From Proteromonas lacertae (taxonomy: Eukaryota): DNA of 64,000 nt. Below are positions 26,743 to 39,891 of the stretch, in pieces. The position numbers and the translations under genes were made by a program. The first letter of the stretch is position 1. Each line of letters opens with the position of its first letter. Location: NCBI GenBank assembly GCA_002245135.1, contig NGBS01001165.1:186001-250000 (forward strand), in the 5' to 3' direction. The notes beneath the pieces are model-generated. The model was not told the DNA's origin, did no database searches, and saw only the letters and a list, made by a program, of their open reading frames with translations.

Positions 26743-29063
26743 TTACTTTCTTTTCTTATCATGATCTCTACCATGTCTATTACTAGTTGAACTACGTCTA
26801 GAATCTCTCGAATGACTATGACGACTTCTTTCCTTAGATCTATTTCTAGAATGAGATCTATGTCTCTTTTCTGACTTTCCATCATCTCTATGTTTACTAC
26901 GACTTCTCTCTTTTCTTCTTTTGGGCGATTTACTAGCAGATCTTGACACACTTCTCTTTCTTTTACTTTTAGCAATAATAGCTGATTGTGGAATAATTAC
27001 ATTCTCTAGTCTTTGTAGTTTTTCACCTTTCTTTACTAAATTATTCATATATATAGATCTAGCTTCTTCACAAACACCTATACAATATACCAATATATAA
27101 TGTAAAATATCAATAGTTGGTGCTCGAATAAGTAACTTTGTTTTCCAGCCATATTCTTTCAATGATATTTTTGAATTGAATGAATTAAATTGATGATTCA
27201 AATCTTTAAGCTTCCTTTTAATATTATCTTCTTGATCATCAATACTAGGATCTATACCAAATTGAATATATTGCTCGAAATGATCATCTTTTTCTACTGG
27301 TTGTAAATAAGCTGGCTATATATAAATACAAATTAATATATAAATACATAATCTGATATTTTATTATTATTCACAAATGCAGATAAAGTCAATAATTGCT
27401 TCACTTCAGGTATACTTAATTTCCTAGCGATTAAAGCGTTGTATAATATTGGAATAACTTCTTCTTTCTTCATATGTACAGCCATTGCTTTATTACAATA
27501 CAATTGGCCAACTCTGATTTGTATTGGATATGGTGACTCTTTAGTATTTCTATTAATAAAACAATCTATTCAAATAAATAAATCAATAATACATGGTTCA
27601 ACATTTCTAATTGGATATGTCAAAGCTTCATAAGCTCCATAAACAATATGATCCGTTGAATCATATAAGAATATGATCGTACCAGGAGTTATAAATTCAA
27701 TATTACTCGCATATCTTTCACTTACACCAAATATTTGTTTTTCTAAACATTCATAAATTGTCTGTTTTGTTACTACAAACATATATCCTTCTCGATCAAT
27801 CAAAGGAATATTACTAATTGGAGTGTATTCAATATCATTTGAAGTTTCAACTCTTCCATCAAAACTCCAACCACCTTCTGGTTCATCTGATATATTTAAC
27901 TATTTAAATTATTCATTATATATATATATATATATACACTATCATGTCGATATAATATCTCCATTAATCCCATTGCAGGAGTATATGATATTTCTTCCAT
28001 ATCATCTTTCTTTATTAGTAGTTTAAAATAATCACCAATATAATTGCATATTTCAAATTGAACATATGTATATCTAATCCATTCAACTTTAAATTCAAAA
28101 ACATCTCCTTCAACTAATTCAGGACAAGATTTCAAAGTACAAACACCAAAATATGAATTGGTAAACATTATACTACAAAAGAAATATATATTTTTATTAT
28201 CTTTATAATTATTTATAATATTTAAAATATTTCCATTTACATTTGGAACTCGCCATATATTATCTCTTATTGATAATATAAAGTTGTTTTTATTATATGA
28301 TTTCATCATGTAAAATCTAGTTGTATCTGGATGAGTGACGGGTAAACCGAGTAAATCTAAGGTTCTTCTATCTGGTAAGGTTGGGATTAACGGTTGTAAA
28401 TTGGAATCTAGCAATTGTGAATCATCTAGTTGATTGTTAGGGTTATTTCGTTCAGGTATGATTAATTCACTTTCACCATGGGCATATATACATTTGTCAC
28501 CATATATACATACGCCATGGAGAAGAAAATTGTTGCACAGTGATGTTTTATACTTATCACTTCTTGTAGGCTATTCTTATATACATAAAAATAAAAATAA
28601 ATACAACTGCAGGTTTTGCTGTAGATTGCTGTTGTTGTTGTTGAGATTTGTCAAGAGTTGGTTTTACTTTCTTTAATACTTCTTCTATTGGTGGCAACTG
28701 ATCTTTAGTTTTTTTGACATGAACTCTTAAACAGTTTGGACCAAATGGACAAAATCCTTGATTATATAAAATACATTCAGCTTTACTACCATGACTGAAT
28801 GGACAATCTGGGTTAACACAAAATACACCATTTGGACAATCTGGTACTCTTTCATGAACATATTTGTGTAAATACTCGCATTCTTCACCTTTTTGACATA
28901 AGCCTCTTAGCCAATGATGACACACCTCCAAACCAGCTCTATTATCATATTTTAGATGAAGTCTAATAGCTTCCTTTACTCTTTCAGGTCCTTCCAGATG
29001 CGAAATACCCTCCACTTGCTTCATATTATCTTCAAAGTCGAATTTAATACAATCTAAACTCAT
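26743..29063 (-). CDS. CPSF4: CPSF30/CPSF4-like CCCH zinc-finger protein fused to YTH and DCD domains with an RS-rich tail
   Basis: FDFE motif; three CCCH fingers (CHHWLRGLCQKGEECEYLH...CILYNQGFCPFGPNCLRVH) and a fourth (YKTSLCNNFLLHGVCIYGDKCIYAHG). YTH: RFYMMKSYN...IW...FKVEWI...DMEEI. DCD: GYMFVVTKQTIYECLEKQIFG...ITPGTIIFLYD...YGAYEA...PYPIQIRV. RS-rich C-terminus. Confidence 0.8.
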
Positions 29064-29136
29064 TTTCAAGATAAAAATAAAAATCACTTCAAGCTAAATT
29101 CAAGCTTGTCATTTTTAAAAATTGACTGAAGTGAAT

Positions 29137-29721
29137 ATGCCACAGAATCCAACGAAGTATATTATAATCATTAACGTTTAATACTATATATAATATAATT
29201 TATTTTTATCTAAATATAGAATAATCACTCAATTGATTGGTGCTCAAGTAAATATAACAACACTTGATGGAAATACAATTAATGGAGAAGTGTGGTGTGT
29301 TCATCAACCAACCGAAACAATACTAATAAGACATCAATCTACAGATCACACTAATAAAGCTGAATGTTATTTGGTGAAATACAGTTTTATTAAAACAATG
29401 GAAAAATTAACTGAAGGAACAGGAATAAAGAAAAATACACTACCTAGATTAAATTATGATAATATTATGAAACGAGAGAATAATGCTATAGCTTTAAGAA
29501 AAATGACAATTTATCTTCAGCAGAACAATATAGATATGAGAGCATTGCAAATCCTACAAAGTTTGTGTGTAGGATTGAAATGTAACTTTATTGATGGATC
29601 TATAAATGTTTGCAATGAGATATTTATAGATTCTCCATATACGGCTGATAAAATAAGAGGAAATTTAGATAAATATTCTCATATAAAGACAATAGTAGAA
29701 AATGTATGGTCAAATCAGTAA
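29137..29721 (+). CDS. LSM12: LSM12-like protein (Sm-like fold + anticodon-binding domain)
   Basis: MPQNPTK, intron 29157-29219, then IITQLIGAQVNITTLDGNTINGEVWCV...LPRLNYDNIMKRE...AQ-type LQILQSL...IFIDSPY. Matches the LSM12 layout. Confidence 0.75.
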
Positions 29722-29804
29722 TTTTGATAGTTTTTATTTATATAATATGTTTTTCAATGATTTTAGTGTGAATATTCAAACATAAGCAACAACATTTAAT
29801 AAAG

Positions 29805-29915
29805 GATCATCTTTCTTTGGGTTTATATATAATTACTGGTTGTGTTCTCTTTCTTGGTCTTGGTAGTAAAGGTACAGATCTTCTTGGATCAACATATATA
29901 TAATTATTAGTAATT
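29805..29915 (+). repeat. Direct repeat copy 1 (111 bp identical to 36714-36824): orphan duplicate of the 3' end of the 36716-38440 gene
   Basis: gatcatctttctttgggttt...ataattattagtaatt is identical at both sites. Imperfect similarity extends on both flanks. Confidence 0.95.
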
Positions 29916-32900
29916 CTTTGTGATAAATATTTTAAAATGTAAATGATTTAAGTACAAAGTCTCCTTTAAGATCAAAACATACTCTATATATATTCTTTTC
30001 AAATTCACAATTATAGTAATATATGTTAACACTACCAGTCTGTTTTTTACCATTTACTAAATATTCCTTTTCGTTATTCTCTTTTTTTATTACTTTTATT
30101 TCTTCTATTCCTTTAAAATGTGCTGCAAAAATTGAATCATTTGATTGATGTAGAATAGTGCTTCCTTTAGATGAAACAAAAATATAATGAAAATCTGGCC
30201 AGCCAAATAAAATGTTCAAATGTATCATACATTCTTTTACTATATCATCACATTCACTTGAATGTGATTCATTATTAACTATGTGAATAAAACAATTATT
30301 CAACATATATATCATTTCTCTGTTCTTACCACTAGCAAAATGAAGTAAATATATTCCTTCATTGTTTTCAGTCATATTATTCTTTTTAGTGGAATATATA
30401 TCTTCATCGAATAATTTCTTAAATTCTTCAAATCTATTTTGTTCTATTTCTTTTAATATAATACCACTGTAGCTTTGTAATTTATCACCATTATATAAAA
30501 TATTGTACCATACTAATTCTCCAAATAATAATTCAAACAATTGAAGATTGTTTCCTTTTCATAAATGTCTTTATATATTTGTTGAATTGCTTCTATATCA
30601 TCTTTTCCAGCTTTATGTTTCACACAATCATAAATAAAATCAAATATATCATCAGAAATAAATTCCATCTCATATTCATTTATTCTATCAAAATATTTCT
30701 GCTTATTCTCTTCATCTTTATATGGAATTGAATATTTCACTATATAATGACATAATGTACTATCAAATGTATTTATTAATTTTGATATTCTATCATTTTC
30801 AGTTTTATTTGGATATAAATAGGTCATTAGAAATTCCATATAACCAAGATTACCAACTATTCTCTTTATACCATTGGTATATAATTCTTTCCAGTAATCT
30901 TTACCATAACATTCTTTATATATTGATACATAATAAATATGTCTTGGAACATTTCCATATCTACTATTAAACCCCTTTGCTGTATTTATTAAATCAGGAT
31001 GTAAACAGTTGTCTTCCCATTCTTCAATTTCATTTTTACTAAATACATCCATATAATAGAAGATTTTCACACAGTTTTCATTAAAAAATGCTTCATAGTT
31101 TTTGTAATCTGGCGATGCAATATATAATATTATATGAGATTCTGCCATATTTTTATCAACGTTATATGAATCAGATATTGATATATCATATTTCTTTCCT
31201 CCCTTACCTTCAACCACTTTCGAACCAGCTAAATGATATGCATTATAGCAGGGATATTCAGTTTTACTTTTAAATATATTTGTTCTGATTGGATCATCAA
31301 TACTAACTCCTAATTCAATTATTTTCATCAATAAGAATATAATGAAGGATGTTTTACCACATCCTGGATTTCCTCTTAATAAAAAACTGATCAAATTATT
31401 CACTCCAAATTCGTCTTTCTTTCTTTGTAATGCTGTTTGTAGTTTATGTATGTTATAATTCAATCCTTTTTCTACATTGCCTATTATTCTATTTAATTTC
31501 ATTCCATTATGTTTATTTAATTCATCGATTATTTTGTTGCTAACCTCTTTAATATGTCCTAATTCTTCATTGGTAGGTGATTTATGTTCCATAATATACT
31601 TTTTTAATGAATCTTTTTGATCTCTTAATTTAACTAATAGAATATATTTCTTCAATTCATTCCATATTTCTCTATAAACAGTTCTGATATATACTTTTTG
31701 TATAGGATACTGAAATATATTACAATCAATTTTTATAGTTTTATCATCAAAATAGTATGGACTTACATCTCCAAAAACTTTACACAGAGCATTACTAGCT
31801 ATAATAATATTACAATATAAACATATATATATGTATATACTTGTACGGCTTTTACAATATTCTGGTAAATCATTCAAAATTAATTGTAATGTCTTGAATC
31901 CTTTTTTATACTCATATTTATATTTATCTAGTTCCTTATTATCGATTTGTTTTTCAATTAATTCTTTAATTTGCTTTACTTCATTATTTTTCATATCTAG
32001 TGTTACTATTTTATCAATTCGTTCATACTCCTTCTTAATTATTTCTTTTATTGTTAGCACATCTTTATCATTAACATCATTTTCTATTATATCAACGACA
32101 TTTGGATCATCGATTATTTTGTCAAATATTTCATAATTATATATTATATCATCATTCTTATTATCATTTGATTGAAATAGCATAATCGAATCTTCTGAAT
32201 AATAACAATGCAATAAACTTTGAATCCCTTCAGATGTTAAATAATTATGCAAATTGCCTCTATTGATAGGATAATTAAAATATCTAAGTCTTTTAGATTT
32301 AATTGATATTATATTCTCTCTTGGATCATCTATTTTGCTTTTCTTTTCAGTTGGTTTTTCATTTTTATCAGGCTGTGCAGATGATGCTTTTCTTTTAGAT
32401 CTTACAGGCTGACTTGATTTGCTTATTGATACAAGAGGTTTATCCCAACAATAATAATGTTCAATCTCTTCTTTCATTTTTATACTTAATTTTTCTCCAT
32501 AATGGCCAAATTCTGTTTCACCAATTTCATAAGACAGCTCAACATCTTCTTGATCATATAATATAAAAACTATGTTAAATATTGGGTTACATTTGTTTAA
32601 TTCATTAATTATATCATTTTTATTTATATCTTTCATATTTAATTCTTTAGATATTTCCTATAATTAATATTGATATATTAATATACACTAATAATTTCAT
32701 TTTTTATTTTTTCTCTTTCTCTTTTTCTTTCTTTTTCTTTATCTTTATCTTTATTCAAGCCGTTGTATTTTACATCGATCAAATAGTCTTCTAGATCATG
32801 CAATACATCATTATTTAAGTTTTCTTTTACTGTTTCATTTGCTTGTTTAATATTATATAAACTCACTATTTGTAGTTGGTATTGAAGTAATACTAATTGG

Positions 32901-35900
32901 TAATTCAATAAATGCAATTCTGATTCTGATTTTGTAGTTTCTAAGTCGGATGAGAAGCCTTCATAATAAGAATTCAAATCACTTTTTTTATCATCAGTTA
33001 ATAATGGTGTGTGTATCAGATTTTCTAATGCTATTAACCTACATGGTTGGTTATGTAATGTTTCTACTAAGTTTACTAATAATTGTAACGGTTGTCTTTG
33101 TAATTCTATTAATGACTCTTGTAAAAATTGTAGTTCGTTAGGTTTATTTTTAAATTCCTGAAACATATTCACTAATGATGTTAATTGTGAAGGTTGGATT
33201 TGCAATATCTCCATTAAATTTAATATATTATCAAACTGTGATGATGATTCTTGAAATGCTGCTATTAAGCTCTGTAAATAATGTAGTGGTGCTTGGTTTT
33301 GTAATGCTTCTATTAAATCATTTAATTCACTTAGTTGTTTCTGGTTTTGTGATGCATTTAATAGCCTACAAAAAGCTGTTAATTGATGTGGTTCATTATG
33401 AAATTTTTCTACAAAATTATGAAATGTTGTCAAAAGATTTGGTTGATTTTGAAATGCTTGAATTAATTCTTCTAATGATTTCAAATCTAGATTCTTTTGT
33501 AATGTTTCTATTAATTTCTGATTTGATAATGATTCTTTCTGAGCTTTTAATTTATTTATTAAATCTTGTGTTTCATTAAGATATTGTTCTGCTTCAAATA
33601 TATTTAACTCTTTTTCTGAACCTGGTGGTAGTTTCAATAGTAATTCTTTCTCACTTTCTAATTTATTTACTAACTCCTGTAAGTTATCTATTAATTCCTG
33701 CAATTCATTTACAAATGATTGGTTTCTGCAATTTTTCTATTAAGTATTGTAATTGATTTAGATCTTCACGATTTTCAAATATTTTCATTGAATTTTGTAA
33801 TAATTGCAGTTGTGATTGATTCTGTAATGTTTGAATTAAATTTTGCAATTCAATTACATATGATTGATTATATAATTTTCCTATTAACTCCTGTAATGCT
33901 TTTAATTGCGATTGTGATTCTTTCTGATCTTGTAATTTTTGTAATACATTCAATAATCTTATCAATTGCGGTTGGTTTTGTAAAAATTGTGATAGGTCCA
34001 ATATTTCTACTTGTGTTTCCTTTAATTCAACTTCTTGTTGGGGCTTTAATGAATTCATAAATATTTCTAATTCCGTTGATAGTTCTTCAGGTAGAGTAAA
34101 CTTTGATGCTATTACTATACTCTTTAACATTTCTAAGTGTGATTTTGGCTATACTTTGTAAATTTTGTATTGATTGATGAAATAGTTTTAATTCTTTATG
34201 TGGTTGTTTTTCTAATAATTTCATAAATTTTAGTAATTCAATAAATACTGGTTGATGTATATGATTTTGCATCGTTTGTATATCTATTAAAAATGATTCA
34301 AACTGTGATGATGTTAAACTATGTAGTAATTGTAATATTTGTAATTGATTATTTGATTGTTTCATTTGCTCCAATAATTCTACTTGTAATTTCTTTATAC
34401 TCTCTACGATTGTCATTATTCTAGTGATTATTATATTTACTAAACTTTTTGATGCCTTTGATAGACTATGATATATTATTAGTAATCATGGTAACTCTTC
34501 TACAATAATTTTATCTACTATATTTTCTAATGTAAGTAATTCTACTATTATTCTATAATCTTCACACTTTATCTTGGGATTTTCTGCAATTATTGATTCT
34601 AATCTGTTTTCTATATCATTCAATTGTCTATCTAATACGTTAAACATTTCATCATCTTTTTTATTATTACCTGCTATACAATTCAATTGTGTTTTCAATT
34701 TATTATATTCAATCATATCCCTATCTAGCTTATGAAATTGTATCATTCTCTTTTCACCATATAAATTAATCAAATCATCTTTAATAGAAATATCGACATC
34801 TCTTCTATACTTAACCACATTAATTAAAAACTATAAAAAGAATAAATAATACAAATATATACATATGTCTCACATAATGTTCTTATTCTTCCATCCATCT
34901 GTAATATGTAGTTTCTTTTTAATTTATTTGGTATATAACCATTTTGGTAAAGTGATGAGATTAATATCTTTTTATCTTCTTCTTCATTATCAATAGTAAG
35001 ACTTTTTAAATAGTCCAATTATAGCTGTTTTATGATAGTTATAAAGCATCTATATAATAATAAAATAAATATTTATACCTCTAACAAAGCTATTACATTA
35101 TGCTTAACAGAGTGTGTTTTATCTTTTGTCATTTGAACAGCAGTTATGTTGAATTTGTTAATAATACATCCATCAATACAGGGGAAATTAGATCTTTCAC
35201 TAAAATCTAAATATAATCCATCTACTTCTTCAGTAATTAATGTAAGATCTTCTCTTTTCTTTCTTATATACCTTTCATTTGAATCTAAATATTTTAATAT
35301 ATTATCCATTTTCTCTAAATAGCACTTATTTGTTGGAAGATATAGAAAATCATAACTATTGAAGTTCAAATCTTTATAATTACAACTACTATTTGACAAT
35401 ATTATATGAATCAACCTCTCAAATATCTTTCCATCATTATCTTTCATAAACATATCATGTAATTCTTTATAATTCTCTTGAGTTATGAAGTAATTACCTA
35501 TTATGCAATTCTTTATTTCATCAGATTTAAATACTAATCGATCTGGTATATCATTTATTCTTTTTGCATCATAAATATAACAATTTTCATTATATTCTGG
35601 TGGTATGTATGACGGCAATCTACCTTTCTTTAGCATCAAACTTTAAATATTTATCTAATTCCTCTATATCACCTGCATGTTGTAAATTATATCCATAATT
35701 GACACACTTTGTTAGTAATTTTTTAAATTCTTCTTTTGTTCTATGAACTAAATTTTCTTTATCCACATTATAAACAATCTTTACTAACTCAGCATAACTA
35801 AAAAGAGGTATGTAAAACTGAATTGGAGCTCTTTTGTTACTCATTACTTTGTATTTATCTGCTTTGGGAGAACTTATCATAATTACTACATTATCATCAC

Positions 35901-36713
35901 TATAATCATCTTCTTTAATCTCACAATTATCACTTATAATAATACTTTTTCCTTTTGTCTCTGGTAATTTTTCAGAAGCGTAATATTCTTTACCATTACC
36001 TTCTCGAAAATAATACTTTACTTCATTATATACTTCACCAACAATGATTACATTGTAGTCTTTAAAATCTTTATCTTTATTAAAGCAATAGGCTAAAACC
36101 ATGCATAAACTTGTTTTACCTGTGCCTTCATTTCCATAAATTAAAAAACACTTCTGAGGTTGAAATTTAATAGTTGCAGAGGTTGTACTACCACTTTTGA
36201 CAGAGGATTTGTTTTTAAGTGAATGACATATTTGCGATAGCGGGGAAGATAATGTATGTATCGGTAATACAGGAACTGCAATGATTCTTTTAATCTCACT
36301 ATAAATACCAACATAACAATCTCTCACAAGAATGTAAGGGTTCTTTATATAATATTTATTCCGTTTTTCTTTTATCATCTGCATCTCATTTATATCATCA
36401 TAATCGACATATCTATGATAAAGACTCATTATTAAAAACAAAAATGATTCTTTGATAATCAAACAATGAAGATGTTCAGTAATCAGAATCAATAAACACA
36501 AACTATATCAAGCTAATCAAAGAGTATTTTTTTCTTTTATATAATATCTAATTGAAGATATATATCTTCTTCATAACTCAAAAATAGAATTCAAATCAGG
36601 AAAGATTGATTTAAACTATTATCAAACTACATTCACTGGATATGAAGAAGATTTTAAGATTCTCAATATTTGTAAGCAAACTATAAATATTTAAGAAACA
36701 AAACTTAATAAAT
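29916..36713. mobile_element. Candidate inserted element carrying a Crinkler/RHS-type NTPase-REase gene, bounded by a direct repeat
   Basis: Bracketed by the 111-bp direct repeat. Its only cargo is a CR/RHS NTPase+REase gene. No TIRs, DDE transposase, integrase or RT recognised. Confidence 0.45.
29932..36429 (-). CDS. Crinkler/RHS-type protein: NTPase1-REase1-Q/L-rich helical repeats-NTPase2-degenerate REase2 (five 1-nt frameshifts; intact gene with assembly errors, or a young pseudogene)
   Basis: NTPase1: LVRDCY...LIYGNEGTGKTS...ISD...SSP..DKY...FYIPLFSYAEL. REase1: GKIFERLIH...NFPCIDG...QMTKDKTH. NTPase2: YIRTVY...LRGNPGCGKTS...ISDS...ASPDYKNY...YMDVFSKNEI...YGNVPRHI...FISDDI, then G..LFE. 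Exons are joined by 29-42 nt introns. Confidence 0.75.
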
Positions 36714-36824
36714 GATCATCTTTCTTTGGGTTTATATATAATTACTGGTTGTGTTCTCTTTCTTGGTCTTGGTAGTAAAGGTACAGATCTTCTTGGATCA
36801 ACATATATATAATTATTAGTAATT
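36714..36824 (+). repeat. Direct repeat copy 2 (coding 3' end and stop of the 36716-38440 gene)
   Basis: Identical to 29805-29915. On the minus strand it encodes ITNNYIYVDPRRSVPLLPRPRKRTQPVIIYKPKER*. Confidence 0.95.
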
Positions 36825-38440
36825 ACTTTCTTTGTCTGTGTTGAGGGAGTATTATTGGGTCTTTTAGTTGAACTAACAAGTGAGGATGGATTTCTACCAA
36901 TAATATGTGGTTTTCTTTGACTTTGAGAAATTCGAATTATATCTTGATAAGGGACTAATGGTGGATTATTATCCTGTAGTTCATTCTGCAGTTGTTGTGG
37001 TTGTTGTTTCATACTTTGTCTTTGTTTCAAATTCTGTAATTTCGATGTTGAAACTGATCTTCTTTGAGAATTTTTGATACTTCTTCTATTATTATTGTTG
37101 TTTACTTCATTCATACTTACTCTTGGCCTCATCTCTCTCTTTAATAATCCCAATAAATGTTTTGCTCCTTGTAGTTCATTTTCAGCTTCATATTCTGATT
37201 TTATCATTCTATTATCATATAATTCATTATTGCCTAATGGATATTGTTCAGGTTGAATTGCCTTTGGATTTGGTATATTATTTGCTTTTTGTGTTACTTT
37301 ATTATATTCAGCAATATATTCATCTTCAGGAGGAGGTGGAGGTTGTGGAATTTGCTGTGAATTGAAAGTATATGGAATGAATGAATGATTCTTTGTGTTT
37401 CTTATATAATTGAATAATCTATCTTGTTTCACATCAAACTATACTTATTACATATAATATTAATTATAAATTTTTATACTTTTTTCATATCATTTAATCC
37501 AGTTTCTATTGTTGTTTGAATATCTTCAATTTCTTGAGTGATTTGATCCATTTCTCGTTTTAATGTGTGAAAATCAGCTGGTTCATTTGTCCAAGGATAA
37601 GACATTGGATAAATTATATCATTTTTACTTCTTCCATTTTTATTATTATTAGATATATCTAAATCTAATTCTGAGGGTGGATTATATTCTTCTATTTCAC
37701 CATCTAATTCATTTATATCTTTCACACTTAAATAAGATTTACCACATCGAGAATCAATTAGAAAATTAAATGGCAACTATTAGACATATAGAATATATAT
37801 TAATATATACCGTTATTTTGGATGATGAAAATGGAATATCAGATGGAGGAGGTAAAGGAGAAATTGGTTCATTAACATCTGGTTCAGGTTTAATTATTGA
37901 TTGAAATACAGAAATTGGTTGTAATTGAGATGTTAATTCCGGTTTTAAGGGAGGTGATGATGACTCTGGTGGTGGTAAAGGAGGAGGTTGTGGTTGAGAA
38001 TAGGATATATTAATTGTATTTAATGGAATTAATTGTTTGGATAAATCTGCTTTTAATAACAATTCATCCTGCATTACAAACACAGATGGTACATGTGATG
38101 GTGGTGGTTCTGGTTCTGGAATTGGATTAGGGGATAAGGGAGATTCACCTAAATCTATGGAATCGGAATCAGATAAATCTATAGAAGTATCAGGACTAGG
38201 ATAATTGAATAGTAAACTATTCGTTGGACTTACTATATCTTCAAAATTATCTTTATATTTCTTCAGTAAACTAGCTGCTACTTTTGCATCAAAATTTTCT
38301 TCACTTTCTAAATCAACACTACTTAATACATTTTTTAATTCTGATAATTTTTCATCTAGTCTTTCGTGAGTGTAATAATCTTCAGTATCAGAATAATCGG
38401 ATAATTCTTTGTCACTTTTGCTTATACTATAATCATTCAT
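36716..38440 (-). CDS. Hypothetical low-complexity Pro/Ser/Gln-rich protein (3 exons)
   Basis: ORFs 37766-38440, 37474-37776 and 36716-37432 join in frame through two GT-AG introns. No family recognised. Confidence 0.65.
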
Positions 38441-38635
38441 TACTTTTAAACTAATTATGTAATAAAACTCTTTCTATTTAATTCATAAAATAAAAAAGAA
38501 ATAGGTTTGGCTTGATTATCTAAAATGAAAAACAAAACATATCTCATTAAATACTAAACAATATCTTCTGAAAACACAGAAATATCAAATAAACATTAGA
38601 AAAATAACATTTAGGAAGATATATTACTTTTACAG

Positions 38636-39840
38636 CTATCTATTCTTCAAAACTGGCATACTCTTCGTCTGACCAGGAACTTTAGGAAATTTCGTTGCAC
38701 TTTTCGTTGTTCCTAACAAAGAAGATTTTCTAGCTTCTTTAGTAGGAGATACAACAGGTGAAATAGATCTTTGATCTGCACCTATCTCATTACTATCACC
38801 AAACGCTTTCTGTAATAAGTCTTCTATTACTGGATCACCTATTGGAATGTGTTTCTTTGGCTTTCGAGGTATATAATCGATTTTCATTTGATCTATTTGT
38901 TTTCTTAAAGCAACATTCTCTCTTCTCAAATTATTCAATTCACTTAATAAAACCACATTTTGATTCAAACTCGATGTTGTGAAATTCTTGAATTTGATTT
39001 TGTTGATTTCTGCTTTATTTCTTGTCACTTTCAATTCTTTTTCTATGTGTTTTCTCTGTAATGCATATTCATCTAATAATTCATTTGTATCAGGTTTCGC
39101 TACATTCTTCTCTTTCAAATGACTCTTATAATCATCATACAACTTTATTAAACCATTCTTCCATTTCCCAGGATCTATTGTTGTTACTAATCTTTCTATA
39201 TCACTGATTAAGTAACATAAAGTATTTGTTAATTCATTTCTTTTATTTATACTTTCACTCAAACTTTCACTCAAATTTCGTATCTTAATTTCATAATCAG
39301 TTATTGTCTTTTCTCGATCACTAGCTACTTTTATATTTCGATTGAATTCTCGATCTAATTCACTCATTTGATCTTCTAATAAATCGATTCTTTCTTGTTT
39401 ATTATTCAATTCTTCTTTCGTTTCTTGTAGTTGATGTTGTAATACTTTTCTAGTTCGTTCTAATTCACTGATTCCATGTTGAGCTGTTGATAATTCTTCG
39501 ATCTTTTCATCTCTTAATCTTTTATCACTTTCAATTTCATCTTTTGCACTTTGTAATAATCGTTCTAATCGCTTTTTATTATTGATTTCTTGTAGTAATT
39601 GTTCGTTCAGTTGTTCACATTTATGTTCACTTCCTAATAATTGTTTTTGTGTATCTTGTACTGTTTTTCTCATTATTGCTAATTCACCTTTCGCTTTTAC
39701 TAGAGTATCTCTACTTTTGATTTGTTCATTGGCAATCTTGGCATTTAATTCTGTAACTACTTTGTCTTGATGACTTTCTAAATCTGCTAATATACCTTCA
39801 TATTCACTTTGTAAATTACTTGTAAATTCCTATTTAAAAA

Positions 39841-39891
<51 letters not shown>

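Noticed and set aside
33700..33725. Euplotes-like programmed +1 frameshift (AAA-TGA) in the CR gene
   Set aside because: Only this one of about ten frameshift sites has that context, and repeat homology (NQSFVNEL vs NQSYVIEL) places the shift upstream at an A-run.
29805..36824. LTR retrotransposon with 111-bp LTRs
   Set aside because: The repeat is host coding sequence without TG...CA ends, and there is no gag, RT or integrase between the copies.
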